The notes beneath the pieces are model-generated. The model was not told where the DNA came from. It saw nothing but the letters and a program-made list of their open reading frames with translations, and searched no databases. A DNA stretch of 63,589 nt, filler included, from a bacterium (GTDB taxonomy: Bacteria; JAMORN01): the NCBI GenBank assembly GCA_027063545.1. It is 11 parts of 11 records of this genome, joined end to end, with 100 filler letters (N's around TTAATTAATTAA, not from the genome) between each part and the next. Parts side by side here need not be neighbours in the genome. Positions count along the whole stretch, not along the records: positions 19,130 to 25,264 come from JAMORN010000159.1; positions 25,365 to 31,470 come from JAMORN010000160.1; 9 more parts are not named here. The stretch is one strand, 5' to 3'. Made by a program: the position numbers and the translations under genes. Of the stretch, positions 19,532-29,819 are shown piece after piece (positions within the stretch are counted from its first letter, which is position 1; each line of letters opens with the position of its first letter).

Positions 19532-21887
19532 AAATATTATCTTTTTATTAATCTTTTTATTTTTTCTATTTAAAAATCTTTTATTCTCTCAAGATTTATT
19601 TTATAATAATTCTTTACCTAAAAAATCGGATGTAATAGATACTATTAGGTATGATTCAAAGTTAATAAAATATGATATAAAAACAGGAAAGATTTATTTA
19701 ATTGAAAATGCAAAAGTTTATTACAAAAATTTTGTATTAAATAGTGATTCTATTTATATAGATCTTGATTCCTCTCTTTTTTATGCAGTGGAACATCTTT
19801 TTATAGTTGTTAAAGACAAAGGGAAAAGAGATACAATTTTTCTTGATAGTTTAATATACAACATGAAAAAGGATAAAGGTCTTTTTTATAATGTAAAATC
19901 TAGGTATGATAATGCTATATATTTCTTTTTTGTTGTAAAAAAAGAGAATAAACATACTTATTATGGCAAACATGGCTTTTACACAACAGATATTGATACT
20001 TCGCCAGGTTATTACTTTTATACTAAATATGTAAAGATAAAAGAGGACAAAAAGGTTATAATTGCAAAACCTATAGTACTCGTGATAGTGGATGTTCCTG
20101 TTACACTAATTCCTTACTATATATATCCTTATGAGAAAAAAAGAAAAAGTGGTTTTTTAAGACCTGTTTGGGGTGGAAGTGAGAGTTTTGGAAGATATAT
20201 TAGAAATGTAGGTTATTATTGGGCAATAAATGATTACATGGATTTAGAATTAAACTCTACATTCTATGAGGGACGATATGTAAGTTATATGATAAAGTAT
20301 AATTTTGTTTATAGGTATTGGGTTCCCCTTTCAAGTTGGCTTTTTAGGGAGACAAGAAATATTGATTATTTTTTTAATGAAACCCAAAGAAGTCGTTATA
20401 TATCTGTTTCTCATACTAATTATTTAGATTATAATAAAAATTTTAAGATTTCTATAAATGGTAATTACACCTCTAATAAATTTTTTATGGATTCTTTAGA
20501 ATATGATGAACAAACCCTTTTAAACAGAAATATTATATTAACAGGGACATTTTCAGGAAAAATTACTGAAAATACAATGATAAACCTAACAGTAAAAAGG
20601 GATCAAAAGATTGATCTTAAACAAATAACATGGAATAAACCATACTTTTCTCTATATATGCCAGAGATTAGATATCTTACATTAAAAAGGCTTTTTTCTT
20701 CAGATAGGTATTGGTATTATTTTAAAAATTCACCTAACTATAATTCTATAGCAAATAGTGAGATAAATAGATATTACTTTAAATATTCACCAATTAATTT
20801 TTTAAGAGTAGAGTTTTATGATGATTCAAATTTTGTGTATTATAAAAGGTGGGGTTGGAGTGTTCCTATATCTATAGGAAGAGACCCTTTTAAACTTTAT
20901 TATTTTAATATATCTCCGACTTTAAATATATCAAATGTTGGGATGAGTTTTTTCAAGGATTCTGTTAGAATTTACAAAAGTGATACATTGTATGTGGATA
21001 CATTAGTGTATAAAGATAGTATAGTTAGTGTAACTTCTTATAGAATGAGTATGGCTTTTTCTACAAGGATTTATGGAATATCAAGGTTTAATATATTGGG
21101 CTTAAGAGGAATAAAACATACCCTTTCCCCTTCTATAGTATTATCATATAGTCCAGGTATTGAAGAGCCTTATCATTATGAACCTCTTGTTGGAACTATC
21201 TATTCATCTAAAGAAAAGACAATATCTTTAAATTTAAATCAAGATATTTCTACTAAGTTTCAAAAAAATGATACATCAAAGGTATATTATACAACCCTTT
21301 TTATTTTAGGTAGTAGAATTTTTTATAATTTTAATGTAGAAGATAAAAAATTAAGTATGCTAACAAATTCTTTATCTATTCCATGGCTTCCTTTTTTTGG
21401 AGCTTCTTTTATTGTGGATTTTTATGGAGATGATAGTGTATATAGCTTAAAAAATACAAATGTTTATTCTTATACTTATAGTTTAAGGTTTCCTATTAAT
21501 TTAAGGGGTTATATATTTAATGGTGATTTAAGAGATTTTAATAAAAAATCAAGAGAAAAATATTCAAATATAAGTTTTTCTACAGGACTATTTATTAATT
21601 ATTCTGCAATAAGGGTTACAGATGATCTTTATAAAAAGACAAAAACATACTCAACAAATTTTTCACTAACATTAAACCTAACAAAAACTTCAAAACTCTC
21701 TTCTTCTCTTTATTATGATTTAGAAAAAGGAAAGGTGGTAAATATTTCCTTTAATTTTGAAAAACAGATAAGAAGATGGAAGATGACAATGCTTTGGGTT
21801 CCTATGGGTGTTATAAAAAGATGGGAGTTTAAAGTATATTTAATTGATTTACCAGATATTAAAGTAGAAAAGAAATTATCATTTTAA
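19521..21887 (+). CDS. lptD: Putative LPS-assembly outer-membrane protein LptD
   Basis: Signal peptide, OstA-like N-domain, RKSGFL, GYYWAINDYMDL, KHTLSPSI, aromatic-rich barrel. Confidence 0.75.
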   Translation: MFFRNIIFLLIFLFFLFKNLLFSQDLFYNNSLPKKSDVIDTIRYDSKLIKYDIKTGKIYLIENAKVYYKNFVLNSDSIYIDLDSSLFYAVEHLFIVVKDKGKRDTIFLDSLIYNMKKDKGLFYNVKSRYDNAIYFFFVVKKENKHTYYGKHGFYTTDIDTSPGYYFYTKYVKIKEDKKVIIAKPIVLVIVDVPVTLIPYYIYPYEKKRKSGFLRPVWGGSESFGRYIRNVGYYWAINDYMDLELNSTFYEGRYVSYMIKYNFVYRYWVPLSSWLFRETRNIDYFFNETQRSRYISVSHTNYLDYNKNFKISINGNYTSNKFFMDSLEYDEQTLLNRNIILTGTFSGKITENTMINLTVKRDQKIDLKQITWNKPYFSLYMPEIRYLTLKRLFSSDRYWYYFKNSPNYNSIANSEINRYYFKYSPINFLRVEFYDDSNFVYYKRWGWSVPISIGRDPFKLYYFNISPTLNISNVGMSFFKDSVRIYKSDTLYVDTLVYKDSIVSVTSYRMSMAFSTRIYGISRFNILGLRGIKHTLSPSIVLSYSPGIEEPYHYEPLVGTIYSSKEKTISLNLNQDISTKFQKNDTSKVYYTTLFILGSRIFYNFNVEDKKLSMLTNSLSIPWLPFFGASFIVDFYGDDSVYSLKNTNVYSYTYSLRFPINLRGYIFNGDLRDFNKKSREKYSNISFSTGLFINYSAIRVTDDLYKKTKTYSTNFSLTLNLTKTSKLSSSLYYDLEKGKVVNISFNFEKQIRRWKMTMLWVPMGVIKRWEFKVYLIDLPDIKVEKKLSF

Positions 21888-21894
21888 TAGTTTT

Positions 21895-22374
21895 TTAAAG
21901 GCTATTTAAAAATTCGCATAACTTATTAAAGAAATTTTCTTTAAAGTTTTGAGGATCTTGTTCAAAGATTTCTTTCATAGAATGTTTTTGTAGAAATTTT
22001 ATAATACTTGAATGGAAGATAATAGAGAACATAGTATCATTTTCAGGGATGATAGAGAAAACTATACTATTTACTTTTATTTTATCAATAGAATCAAAGT
22101 CTATAGCTTTAATTAAGTAAAAGAACAATATTATTGGTGTATCAAGTTTTTTTAGTCTTATGTGAGGGATTGCTATTCCTTCACCTATGGAAAATCCACC
22201 TTGTTTATCTTGTTTTATAATATTTTCATAAAGATAATCTTTTTCCTCTTCATCTATAATTTTTAGTTCTATGCATTTATTTACTAAATAATTATAGAAT
22301 TGTTCTTTACTAAAAAACTTTTCTTCTACCACAAAAATATTTTCTTTTTTTATATATTTACCAATAGGATTCAT
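21895..22374 (-). CDS. PTS EIIA (Ntr/Fru-type) domain protein
   Basis: IGEGIAIPH phospho-His motif, IDFDSID. Confidence 0.85.
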   Translation of the reverse strand: MNPIGKYIKKENIFVVEEKFFSKEQFYNYLVNKCIELKIIDEEEKDYLYENIIKQDKQGGFSIGEGIAIPHIRLKKLDTPIILFFYLIKAIDFDSIDKIKVNSIVFSIIPENDTMFSIIFHSSIIKFLQKHSMKEIFEQDPQNFKENFFNKLCEFLNSL

Positions 22375-22382
22375 AATATTTA

Positions 22383-22412
22383 AATATAATATAAACTCTT
22401 GCGTCTTGTCAA
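22383..22412 (-). promoter_or_regulatory. Putative sigma70 promoter for the EIIA gene (possibly leaderless)
   Basis: TTGACA-N18-TATATT, ATG 8 nt after the -10 element, no SD. Confidence 0.45.
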
Positions 22413-22427
22413 AGCTAAAGACATAAT
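22399..22427 (+). promoter_or_regulatory. Putative sigma70 promoter for the nucleotidyltransferase operon
   Basis: TTGCGT-N17-CATAAT. Confidence 0.4.
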
Positions 22428-22485
22428 TTATATTAAAAACTAGAAAGTTTTTTCTAATATAAATTTAAATAACTAAGGAGGGTTA

Positions 22486-23499
22486 ATGAAAGCGATTTTA
22501 CCAGTGGCAGGAGTTGGATCAAGACTTAGACCTTTTACTTTAACAAAACCTAAAGCCTTAATCCCCCTTGTTGGAAGACCAATAATTTCTTATATAATTG
22601 ATAGTTTAATAGAAATAGGTGTTAATGAAATAATTTTTGTGATAGGATATTTAGGAGAAGAAATAAAAGAGTATGTAAAATACGAATACAACAATAGAGA
22701 TTTTAAACCTATTTTTGTTTTTCAAGAGGAAAGGCAGGGACTTGCTCATGCTGTTTATATGGCAAAGGAAGAGTTAAAGAAAGAAGAGGATGATATAATA
22801 ATAATCCTGGGGGATACGATTATTGATACTTCTTTAAAAAAGATAATAGACTCTAATTTTAATGGACTTGGAGTTAAAGAGGTGACAAATCCTCATAGAT
22901 TTGGAATTGTTGAAATAGATGAAAATGATATGCTAATAGATTTGGAGGAAAAACCTGAACATCCAAAAACTAATCTTGCTTTAGTTGGACTTTATTATTT
23001 TAAAAGCTCTTTTAAACTTCTTGAGGGTCTTGAATATATAATAAACAACGATATAAAAGTAAGAGGAGAATATCAACTTACAAGTGTAATAGAGCATTTA
23101 TTAAAGGAAGGGGAGGCTTTTAAGATTTATAGGGTTAATGATTGGATTGATTGTGGTGATTTCGATTCCCTGAGAGAAGCTAATAATTACTTTTTGAATA
23201 AACTTGATAGTAAATATAAGATTGATGAAAAGAATAACACTATTTATATTCCTCCTTATTACGTTGGAGAGGGAAGTGTAATAAAAAATTCTATAATAGG
23301 ACCTTTTGTTTCTATAGGAAAAGGTTCTGTCATTGAAGATTCTATTATAAAAAATTCAATTATCTCAGAAAACGCAACTATAAAGAGATATTTACTTAAT
23401 AAAAGTATAATAGGTGAAGAAGCAAAATTAATAGGAAAACATAGTAGTTTAAATTTATCCGATCATGCTCAGATTGTAAATGGGGTAAATGAAGTATAG
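22486..23499 (+). CDS. Sugar-phosphate nucleotidyltransferase (glucose-1-phosphate thymidylyltransferase-like) with hexapeptide tail
   Basis: PVAGVGSRLRPFT...PKAL, GLAHAV, LGD, EKP, GEYQLT, WIDCG, C-terminal left-handed beta-helix repeats. Confidence 0.9.
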   Translation: MKAILPVAGVGSRLRPFTLTKPKALIPLVGRPIISYIIDSLIEIGVNEIIFVIGYLGEEIKEYVKYEYNNRDFKPIFVFQEERQGLAHAVYMAKEELKKEEDDIIIILGDTIIDTSLKKIIDSNFNGLGVKEVTNPHRFGIVEIDENDMLIDLEEKPEHPKTNLALVGLYYFKSSFKLLEGLEYIINNDIKVRGEYQLTSVIEHLLKEGEAFKIYRVNDWIDCGDFDSLREANNYFLNKLDSKYKIDEKNNTIYIPPYYVGEGSVIKNSIIGPFVSIGKGSVIEDSIIKNSIISENATIKRYLLNKSIIGEEAKLIGKHSSLNLSDHAQIVNGVNEV

Positions 23500-23512
23500 T
23501 TAGGAGTGTTAT

Positions 23513-24412
23513 ATGAAAAAAAATAATATTAAGTTCTATATTTTTTCTTTTATAATTACTTTTTTTATACTAGGATGTAATATTTTTTCTTTTTACTATG
23601 AAAAGGATACTTCTACTATCTCTTATAGTGATTGGGAAAAGATATATCAAGATATGATAAATGAGAATAACTATGATTCAGCCCTATCAATAGCCAAAAT
23701 TTTAATTGATTTAGATTCAAATAGAAGTGATGGTTATTATCTTTATGCAAAGGCATATAGATATAAATATTTCAATAGATATTTTTTACTTCAAGAATAC
23801 TTAAAAACACAAGATTCTTCAGGATATATACCCTTATGGGATCTTAATATATTTACTTTAGAGAGTATTTATGTAGCAAATAGAGTTATAAAAGATGATT
23901 TACAAATAATAGTTGATAGAAATTTAACAGGAAATTATACAAAAGATGATATATTAGGAGATCTTCTTCTTTCCACATCAATAGTTGCTTTTTTAAGTTT
24001 AAAGGATATAGATGGTGATGGCTCTTTACTTGATGATACCACATTTTTTAAATTTTTTAATGTACTTCTTACTGATACAGGATTAATACTAGAAAATTTA
24101 GATTCTCTAGTTGATTATATAGCAAGGCCAGAGGTTATAAATACTATGATAGATAGAGCAGATACCCTTTTAGGCCTTGTTGTTGATTATAGTGATGAGT
24201 TTATTACAGATACTACAAGTTTGGAGTTAATTGATAGTGTAGCTACAGAGATTAAACAATATATTGTTTATTATAAAATAGCTGATGGAATTGATAATGA
24301 TGGAGATGGTAGAATAGATGAAGAGGATTTAAATGGAAAAGATGATGATGGGGATGGGCTTATAGATGAAGATTCTAGAGCTATTCCAGAGATAAGCTTA
24401 GATTCTTTATAA
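23513..24412 (+). CDS. Putative lipoprotein with acidic DxDxDG repeats
   Basis: Lipobox ILGC, TPR-like N-part, DIDGDG and tandem DGIDNDGDGRIDEE / NGKDDDGDGLIDED. Confidence 0.7.
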   Translation: MKKNNIKFYIFSFIITFFILGCNIFSFYYEKDTSTISYSDWEKIYQDMINENNYDSALSIAKILIDLDSNRSDGYYLYAKAYRYKYFNRYFLLQEYLKTQDSSGYIPLWDLNIFTLESIYVANRVIKDDLQIIVDRNLTGNYTKDDILGDLLLSTSIVAFLSLKDIDGDGSLLDDTTFFKFFNVLLTDTGLILENLDSLVDYIARPEVINTMIDRADTLLGLVVDYSDEFITDTTSLELIDSVATEIKQYIVYYKIADGIDNDGDGRIDEEDLNGKDDDGDGLIDEDSRAIPEISLDSL

Positions 24413-24442
24413 ATAAAAAAGAAAAAATAGGAGTATAAATAT

Positions 24443-25264
24443 ATGAAGAGATTATTGACAATTTTCTTTTTTTATATATTTTCAAATACATTACTCTACG
24501 GATATACAAGTCCTAGATTTTATAGCTTAGAGAATTTGGCAAAAGGGAATTCTGATATAGTTTTTTTTAATAATCGGTATGGGATGTATTATAATCCAGC
24601 GTTGATGGACGGGAGTGATCAAATATTTTATTTAACATTAACAGATATAGGTTTTGCCTTTGAAAGAAGTTTTTTAGATTTTTCAGAGTTTGTTTTAACG
24701 AACTTACTTAATTTTAAAAGATTTACTTCAAACCCAGAATATATAAATAAAAGTTTTCAAGATAAAACAGGTGTATTTGATATGAGATATTTACATTTGG
24801 GTAATTATATAGAAGCAGATATTCAAGCTTTAGGTATAGGGTTAGGCGTGTGGGGTTATAATAATTTAGCTGTTTCTTATGATGATGGAGTTTATTTCCC
24901 AATAGTAAGAGTTAAAGGAAAAATGGCTTATTCTTCACAAATTTCTTATGGTTTTAGATTATTAAAACAGCTTTCTATGGGAATATCTTTAAGATATTGG
25001 ATTTATCCCCAAGATTATGCTTTTATTAGTATTTTAGATGTAGTTAATAAAATAGAGGGTGATGATAGTACTACTTTATTTAAAGATACTTCTGGTGTGT
25101 TTTATCAGTTAGAAAACGGTTCTTTTGATTTAAAGGACTATACTCATTTAAGCTTAGATTTAGGATATATTTATTATATGAAAAATATTAGAATAGGCTT
25201 TGTTATAAGAGACTTAGTACATGTACTTTCTACAGATAAAGTGGATAAAAGTTTTGATATAGGT
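24443..25264 (+). CDS. TraF-like/FadL-like outer-membrane beta-barrel, 3'-truncated
   Basis: Signal peptide, LAKGNS...YYNPA plug motif, beta-strand pattern LSLDLGYIY...IGFVIRDL; cut by gap. Confidence 0.65.
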
Positions 25265-25364
25265 NNNNNNNNNNNNNNNNNNNNNNNNNNNNNNNNNNNN
25301 NNNNNNNNTTAATTAATTAANNNNNNNNNNNNNNNNNNNNNNNNNNNNNNNNNNNNNNNNNNNN
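25265..25364. other. Artificial contig spacer
   Basis: Same 100-nt linker. Confidence 0.99.
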
Positions 25365-25978
25365 CTTGATCCCTCAAACGCTGGAAGAAAAGAATGATGA
25401 ATATTTATAATCCTATCTCTATATTCATTAACAAAAAACTCTGATAAAATTTGCATATATTTGGCTAATGTAATAACCTCTATATTACTTTCTTTTAGAA
25501 TTTTTATCTCTTCTTTCTCTTTTTCTAAACGGGTCTCTTTAGTCTTAGGTATATAATAAAAATCTATACCAAAACCCTCTACTAACTCTCTATGAATATC
25601 GTGATTTGAAATAACCAATTTTATATTTCCATTAAATTCTCCCTGTTTATTATGCCATAAAAGTTCTAATAAAACATGATCTTCTTTACTGACAAAAACT
25701 GCTATATTATTTTTTTCTTTATTTGGATATTCATAGAATCTATAATTCATTGAAAACTTTGAAGCTATTTTCTTAAATACATGCTGATTTAATTCTTCTA
25801 TAGAATAATTAAAGTTATCTAACTTCCATTCCAATCTCAGAAAAAAAACTTTATCATAAGGTTCTACATATTCATTCAATGATATAATATTTCCATTATT
25901 TTTGTATATAAAATTAGTAATAGAAGCTAAAAGCCCGGGAGAATCCGGGCAGGAAACCAACAATATACCTTTCTTCAT
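25365..25978 (-). CDS. purU: Formyltetrahydrofolate deformylase, 3'-truncated
   Basis: ACT domain SCPDSPGL, VSKEDH, ISNH, LAKYMQILS, INIHHSFLPAF. Confidence 0.95.
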
Positions 25979-26841
25979 TATAATGTTCCTAAATATTCTT
26001 TTAAAATTTCTGCTCTGCTAGCATGTTTTAATCTTTTAAGAGCCTTCTCTTTAATCTGTCTTACCCTTTCCCTTGTTAAATTAAATTTTTCTCCTATTTC
26101 CTCTAAGGTATGAGGGGTCTCATATCCTATTCCAAAATATAACTTTATAACTTCAGCCTCTCTTTTACTTAAAGTTGATAATACAACCTCTATATCTTCT
26201 TTTAATTTTTCACGTCTTAAATTTTCTTCAGGTGTTGGAAAACTATTATCTTTTACTATATCAATTAATGCAGCATCTTCCTTTTGTTTAATTGGAGCAT
26301 CTAAAGATAGATGATTTGAACTAATCTTTTTAGTTTCATCAATCTCCTCTTCTGACATCTTCATCTTCTTAGCTAACTCTTGCTTTGTTGGTGCTCTTCC
26401 TAATTCTTGCTCTAATTCAGAGGTAGCTTTACCAATCTTATAAATATTTCCTACTCTATTTAAGGGAAGCTTTACTATTCTTGAATGTTCAGCTAACGCC
26501 TGAAGAATAGCTTGTCTAACCCACCATACAGCATAAGAAATGAATCTAAAATCCCTTTCTTCATCAAAACGATATGCAGCTCTTATTAATCCAAGATTAC
26601 CTTCGTTTATTAAATCAGATAAAGGTAATCCTTGATTTTGATAATTTCTGGCTACAGATACAACAAATCTTAAATTAGCTTTAATTAATTTTTTTAATGC
26701 TTCTTTGTCACCTTTTTTAATTCTTCTTGTTAATTCCTTTTCTTCCTCGGTTGTTAACGATTTTGTTTTTGCTATTTCTTTTAAATATACTGATAAAGAA
26801 TAGTCTTCTGAAAAAAATCCACCTTTACTCTCTCCTGCCAT
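25978..26841 (-). CDS. RpoD/SigA-family sigma factor lacking region 1.1
   Basis: YLKEI, ANLRFVVSVA, DLINEGNLGL, FISYAVWWVRQAILQAL, TLEEIG...LTRERVRQIKEKAL; 287 aa. Confidence 0.93.
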   Translation of the reverse strand: MAGESKGGFFSEDYSLSVYLKEIAKTKSLTTEEEKELTRRIKKGDKEALKKLIKANLRFVVSVARNYQNQGLPLSDLINEGNLGLIRAAYRFDEERDFRFISYAVWWVRQAILQALAEHSRIVKLPLNRVGNIYKIGKATSELEQELGRAPTKQELAKKMKMSEEEIDETKKISSNHLSLDAPIKQKEDAALIDIVKDNSFPTPEENLRREKLKEDIEVVLSTLSKREAEVIKLYFGIGYETPHTLEEIGEKFNLTRERVRQIKEKALKRLKHASRAEILKEYLGTL

Positions 26842-26856
26842 ATCATTCCCCCTGAA

Positions 26857-27177
26857 TTACTCTTTTTTTAGTTTACAAATTGAAATTATATAGTTTAAAT
26901 AATCTAAATTACTATTTTCAACCTTTATTTCTAAAATTTCCGGAACAATATATGGATGATGTTCCTTTATATAACGTTCTATTAATTCAAAATTATCTTC
27001 TATACTTTTCATTATTGCCATAACCTCAGGGTCATCATTAATCTTTCCTTCCCACCAGTACATACTTTCTATATTTGAAAAAATATTAGCACATGCAATA
27101 TATTTATTTTCTAAAAGTCCTTGAATTATAGATTTAGCTGTTTCTTTATTTGGAAATGTTGATATTACTAAAATCAT
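26857..27177 (-). CDS. cutA: Divalent-cation tolerance protein CutA
   Basis: ACANI, SMYWWEGKI, HPYIVPEI. Confidence 0.93.
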   Translation of the reverse strand: MILVISTFPNKETAKSIIQGLLENKYIACANIFSNIESMYWWEGKINDDPEVMAIMKSIEDNFELIERYIKEHHPYIVPEILEIKVENSNLDYLNYIISICKLKKE

Positions 27178-27221
27178 ATACTTAAAACTTAATATAAAAT
27201 TATTTACATTATTTTATATTT

Positions 27222-27250
27222 ATTGTAATAAAATTTTTTAATTTTGTCAA
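27222..27250 (-). promoter_or_regulatory. Near-consensus sigma70 promoter for cutA-sigma-purU
   Basis: Minus strand TTGACA-N17-TACAAT, about 45 nt upstream of cutA. Confidence 0.65.
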
Positions 27251-27279
27251 TAGGTAGAAAAAAAATTATTTTATTCTAT

Positions 27280-28071
27280 ATGGTAAATATATACAATTTA
27301 AAACATAAAAAACAAGAAAAAGAAAAAATTGTTGGTATTACTGCTTATGATTTATTTACTTCATTAGTAATAAAGGATCTCAATGTTGATTTTATTTTAG
27401 TAGGTGACTCTTTAAATATGGTAGTAAAAGGTGAGGATAATACTCTTTCAACAACATTAGATGATATAATTTACCATACTAAAATTGTTTCTAAAATTAT
27501 AAAAGACAAAATTATTGTTGCTGATATGCCTTTTTTAACGTACCATATATCTAAAGAACAAGCCTTAGAAAATGCTGGAAAAATAATACAACAAACAGAG
27601 GCTACAGCTGTTAAAATTGAAGGTGGAGAATATAGAATAGAAACAATAGAATTTCTTATAAAAAATGGAATTCCTGTAATGGGACATCTTGGTTTAACAC
27701 CACAGATGTTATATACTATGGGGGGATATAAAATATTCGGGAAAAATAATGACGAAAGAAAAATTCTAATAGAAGAAGCTTTAAAACTTCAGGAAAAAGG
27801 TGTTTTTGCTCTTATTCTTGAAGGTGTAAAAGAGGATATCGCTAAAGAAATAAGTGAAATGTTAGAAATTCCTGTTATTGGGATAGGTGCTGGAAGATTT
27901 GTAGATGGACAAATTCTTGTTATATCTGATATTCTTGGTATGCATGATAAAAAACTACCTAAATTTGCAAGAAAATATGTAGACTTACTAAAAATTGGTC
28001 AGGAAGCTGTTTTAAACTATATAAATGATGTGAGAACTTTAAACTTTCCTTCAGATAAAGAGGTTTACTAA
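27280..28071 (+). CDS. panB: 3-methyl-2-oxobutanoate hydroxymethyltransferase
   Basis: TAYD, LVGDSL, ADMPF, AVKIEGG, GHLGLTPQ, GIGAG..DGQILV; ATG 27280 preferred over the track's TTG 27244. Confidence 0.96.
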   Translation: MVNIYNLKHKKQEKEKIVGITAYDLFTSLVIKDLNVDFILVGDSLNMVVKGEDNTLSTTLDDIIYHTKIVSKIIKDKIIVADMPFLTYHISKEQALENAGKIIQQTEATAVKIEGGEYRIETIEFLIKNGIPVMGHLGLTPQMLYTMGGYKIFGKNNDERKILIEEALKLQEKGVFALILEGVKEDIAKEISEMLEIPVIGIGAGRFVDGQILVISDILGMHDKKLPKFARKYVDLLKIGQEAVLNYINDVRTLNFPSDKEVY

Positions 28072-28072
28072 T

Positions 28073-28921
28073 ATGAAAGTTATTTCAAAAATAGAAGATA
28101 TCAAAAAAACTATAAAAGAGGTAAAAAATAAAGGTAAAACTATAGGATTTGTCCCAACAATGGGTTATCTCCATGAAGGGCATTTATCTCTTATAAAAAA
28201 AGCTAAAGAAAATTCTGATTTTGTAGTTGTTTCTATTTATGTTAATCCTACTCAGTTTGGGCCTAATGAAGACTTTGATAAATATCCTAGAGACATAGAA
28301 AGGGATAAAAAATTATTAATAAATGAAGGAGTTGATTTATTATATTTACCCCAAGATAATGAGATATATCCAAAAAATTTCTCAACATTTGTTGATATAG
28401 GAGAAATAGGCAATAAGTTATGCGGTAAGTATAGGCCTGGTCATTTTAGAGGAGTTACTACTATTGTGTTAAAACTATTTAATATAGTAAATCCTGATAT
28501 TGCTGTATTTGGTAAAAAAGATGCTCAACAGCTAATTATAATAAAAAAGATGGTGAAAGAACTTCATTTAGATGTAAAAATTTTAGAAGGTGATACTATT
28601 AGAGAAAAAGATGGCCTTGCTATGAGTTCTAGAAATACATATTTAAATAAAGAGGAAAGAGAGGCTGCTACTAAAATATATAAATCATTATTAGAAGCTC
28701 AAAACTTAATAAAAAAGGGTATAGATAATCCTAGTATAATAAAAGAGGTTATAAAAAATTCTCTTATTGATCCCTTAATTAATATTCAATATATTGAAAT
28801 TGTTGATATAGAGAACTTAAATCCTGTACAAAAAATAGATAAAGATACATTAGTTGCAATTGCTTGTTTTGTTGGACAAACTAGATTAATAGATAACTTT
28901 TTTGTTAAAGATATATTATAA
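28073..28921 (+). CDS. panC: Pantoate-beta-alanine ligase
   Basis: PTMGYLHEGH, VNPTQF, RPGHFRGV, FGKKDAQQ, AMSSRN, RLIDN. Confidence 0.97.
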   Translation: MKVISKIEDIKKTIKEVKNKGKTIGFVPTMGYLHEGHLSLIKKAKENSDFVVVSIYVNPTQFGPNEDFDKYPRDIERDKKLLINEGVDLLYLPQDNEIYPKNFSTFVDIGEIGNKLCGKYRPGHFRGVTTIVLKLFNIVNPDIAVFGKKDAQQLIIIKKMVKELHLDVKILEGDTIREKDGLAMSSRNTYLNKEEREAATKIYKSLLEAQNLIKKGIDNPSIIKEVIKNSLIDPLINIQYIEIVDIENLNPVQKIDKDTLVAIACFVGQTRLIDNFFVKDIL

Positions 28922-28929
28922 AAAAAAGG

Positions 28930-29799
28930 ATGGAAGTAATGTTAAAAATAGCTATACCTAATAAAGGAAGATTATTTGATAAAACTATCTCTTTATTATC
29001 AGAAGCTGGTTTCAAATTTGATATAAGTGAAAGACAATTATTTGCTCCAATTTTTAATTTTCCTATGGAAATTTTATTTGTTAGGGCTGATGATATTCCT
29101 ACTTATATATACTCTGGTATAGTCGATTTAGGAATAACAGGACAAGATTTAGTTGCTGAAGAAGAGGTTGATATACAACAGCTTTTACCTTTAGGTTATG
29201 GGAAAGCTTCTATGGTAGTTGCAGCACCTGAAGGAACTATTGATAGTATAGAAGATTTAAAAAACAAAGGAACTATTAGAATTGCCACTTCTTTCAAAAA
29301 TATTACAAAAAGATTTTTTGAAGATATTAATATAAAATATGAAATTGCTGATATACATGGGGCTGTGGAAATAACCCCTCGCCTAGGATTATCTGATGTT
29401 ATAGTTGATATAACCTCCACTGGCACCACTTTAAGAATGAATAAGTTGAAGATTATCCATAAAATTATGGATTCTCAAGCTACATTATTTGCTAATAAAA
29501 ATTCTCTTAAAGAGAAAGAAGAAGATATAAATATTGTAGTAAATGCCTTAAAAAGCGTATTAGATGCTCATAAGAGAAAATATTTAATGGCCAATATTCC
29601 TAAAAATAATATAGAAAAAGCAAAAGAAATTGTTCCGGGGATAACTGCACCAACAGTGTTATCTTTATATTCTACAGAAGATATGGTTGCAATACATGCA
29701 GTGGTAAATGAAGATGAGATTAATCACATAGTAAATTCTCTAAAAAAAATAGGGGCAACAGGAATTTTAATTTTAAATATTGAAAGAATTTTCGAATAA
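28930..29799 (+). CDS. hisG: ATP phosphoribosyltransferase (long form)
   Basis: IAIPNKGRL, RADDIP, DLGITG.D, GAVE, DITSTGTTLR, C-terminal PGITAPTV regulatory domain. Confidence 0.96.
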   Translation: MEVMLKIAIPNKGRLFDKTISLLSEAGFKFDISERQLFAPIFNFPMEILFVRADDIPTYIYSGIVDLGITGQDLVAEEEVDIQQLLPLGYGKASMVVAAPEGTIDSIEDLKNKGTIRIATSFKNITKRFFEDINIKYEIADIHGAVEITPRLGLSDVIVDITSTGTTLRMNKLKIIHKIMDSQATLFANKNSLKEKEEDINIVVNALKSVLDAHKRKYLMANIPKNNIEKAKEIVPGITAPTVLSLYSTEDMVAIHAVVNEDEINHIVNSLKKIGATGILILNIERIFE

Positions 29800-29819
29800 A
29801 ATTTTTAAAGGAGTTAAAT

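Noticed and set aside
24443-25264. Conjugative element suggested by a TraF-like protein
   Set aside because: No relaxase, VirB4, integrase or other transfer gene; neighbours are housekeeping genes
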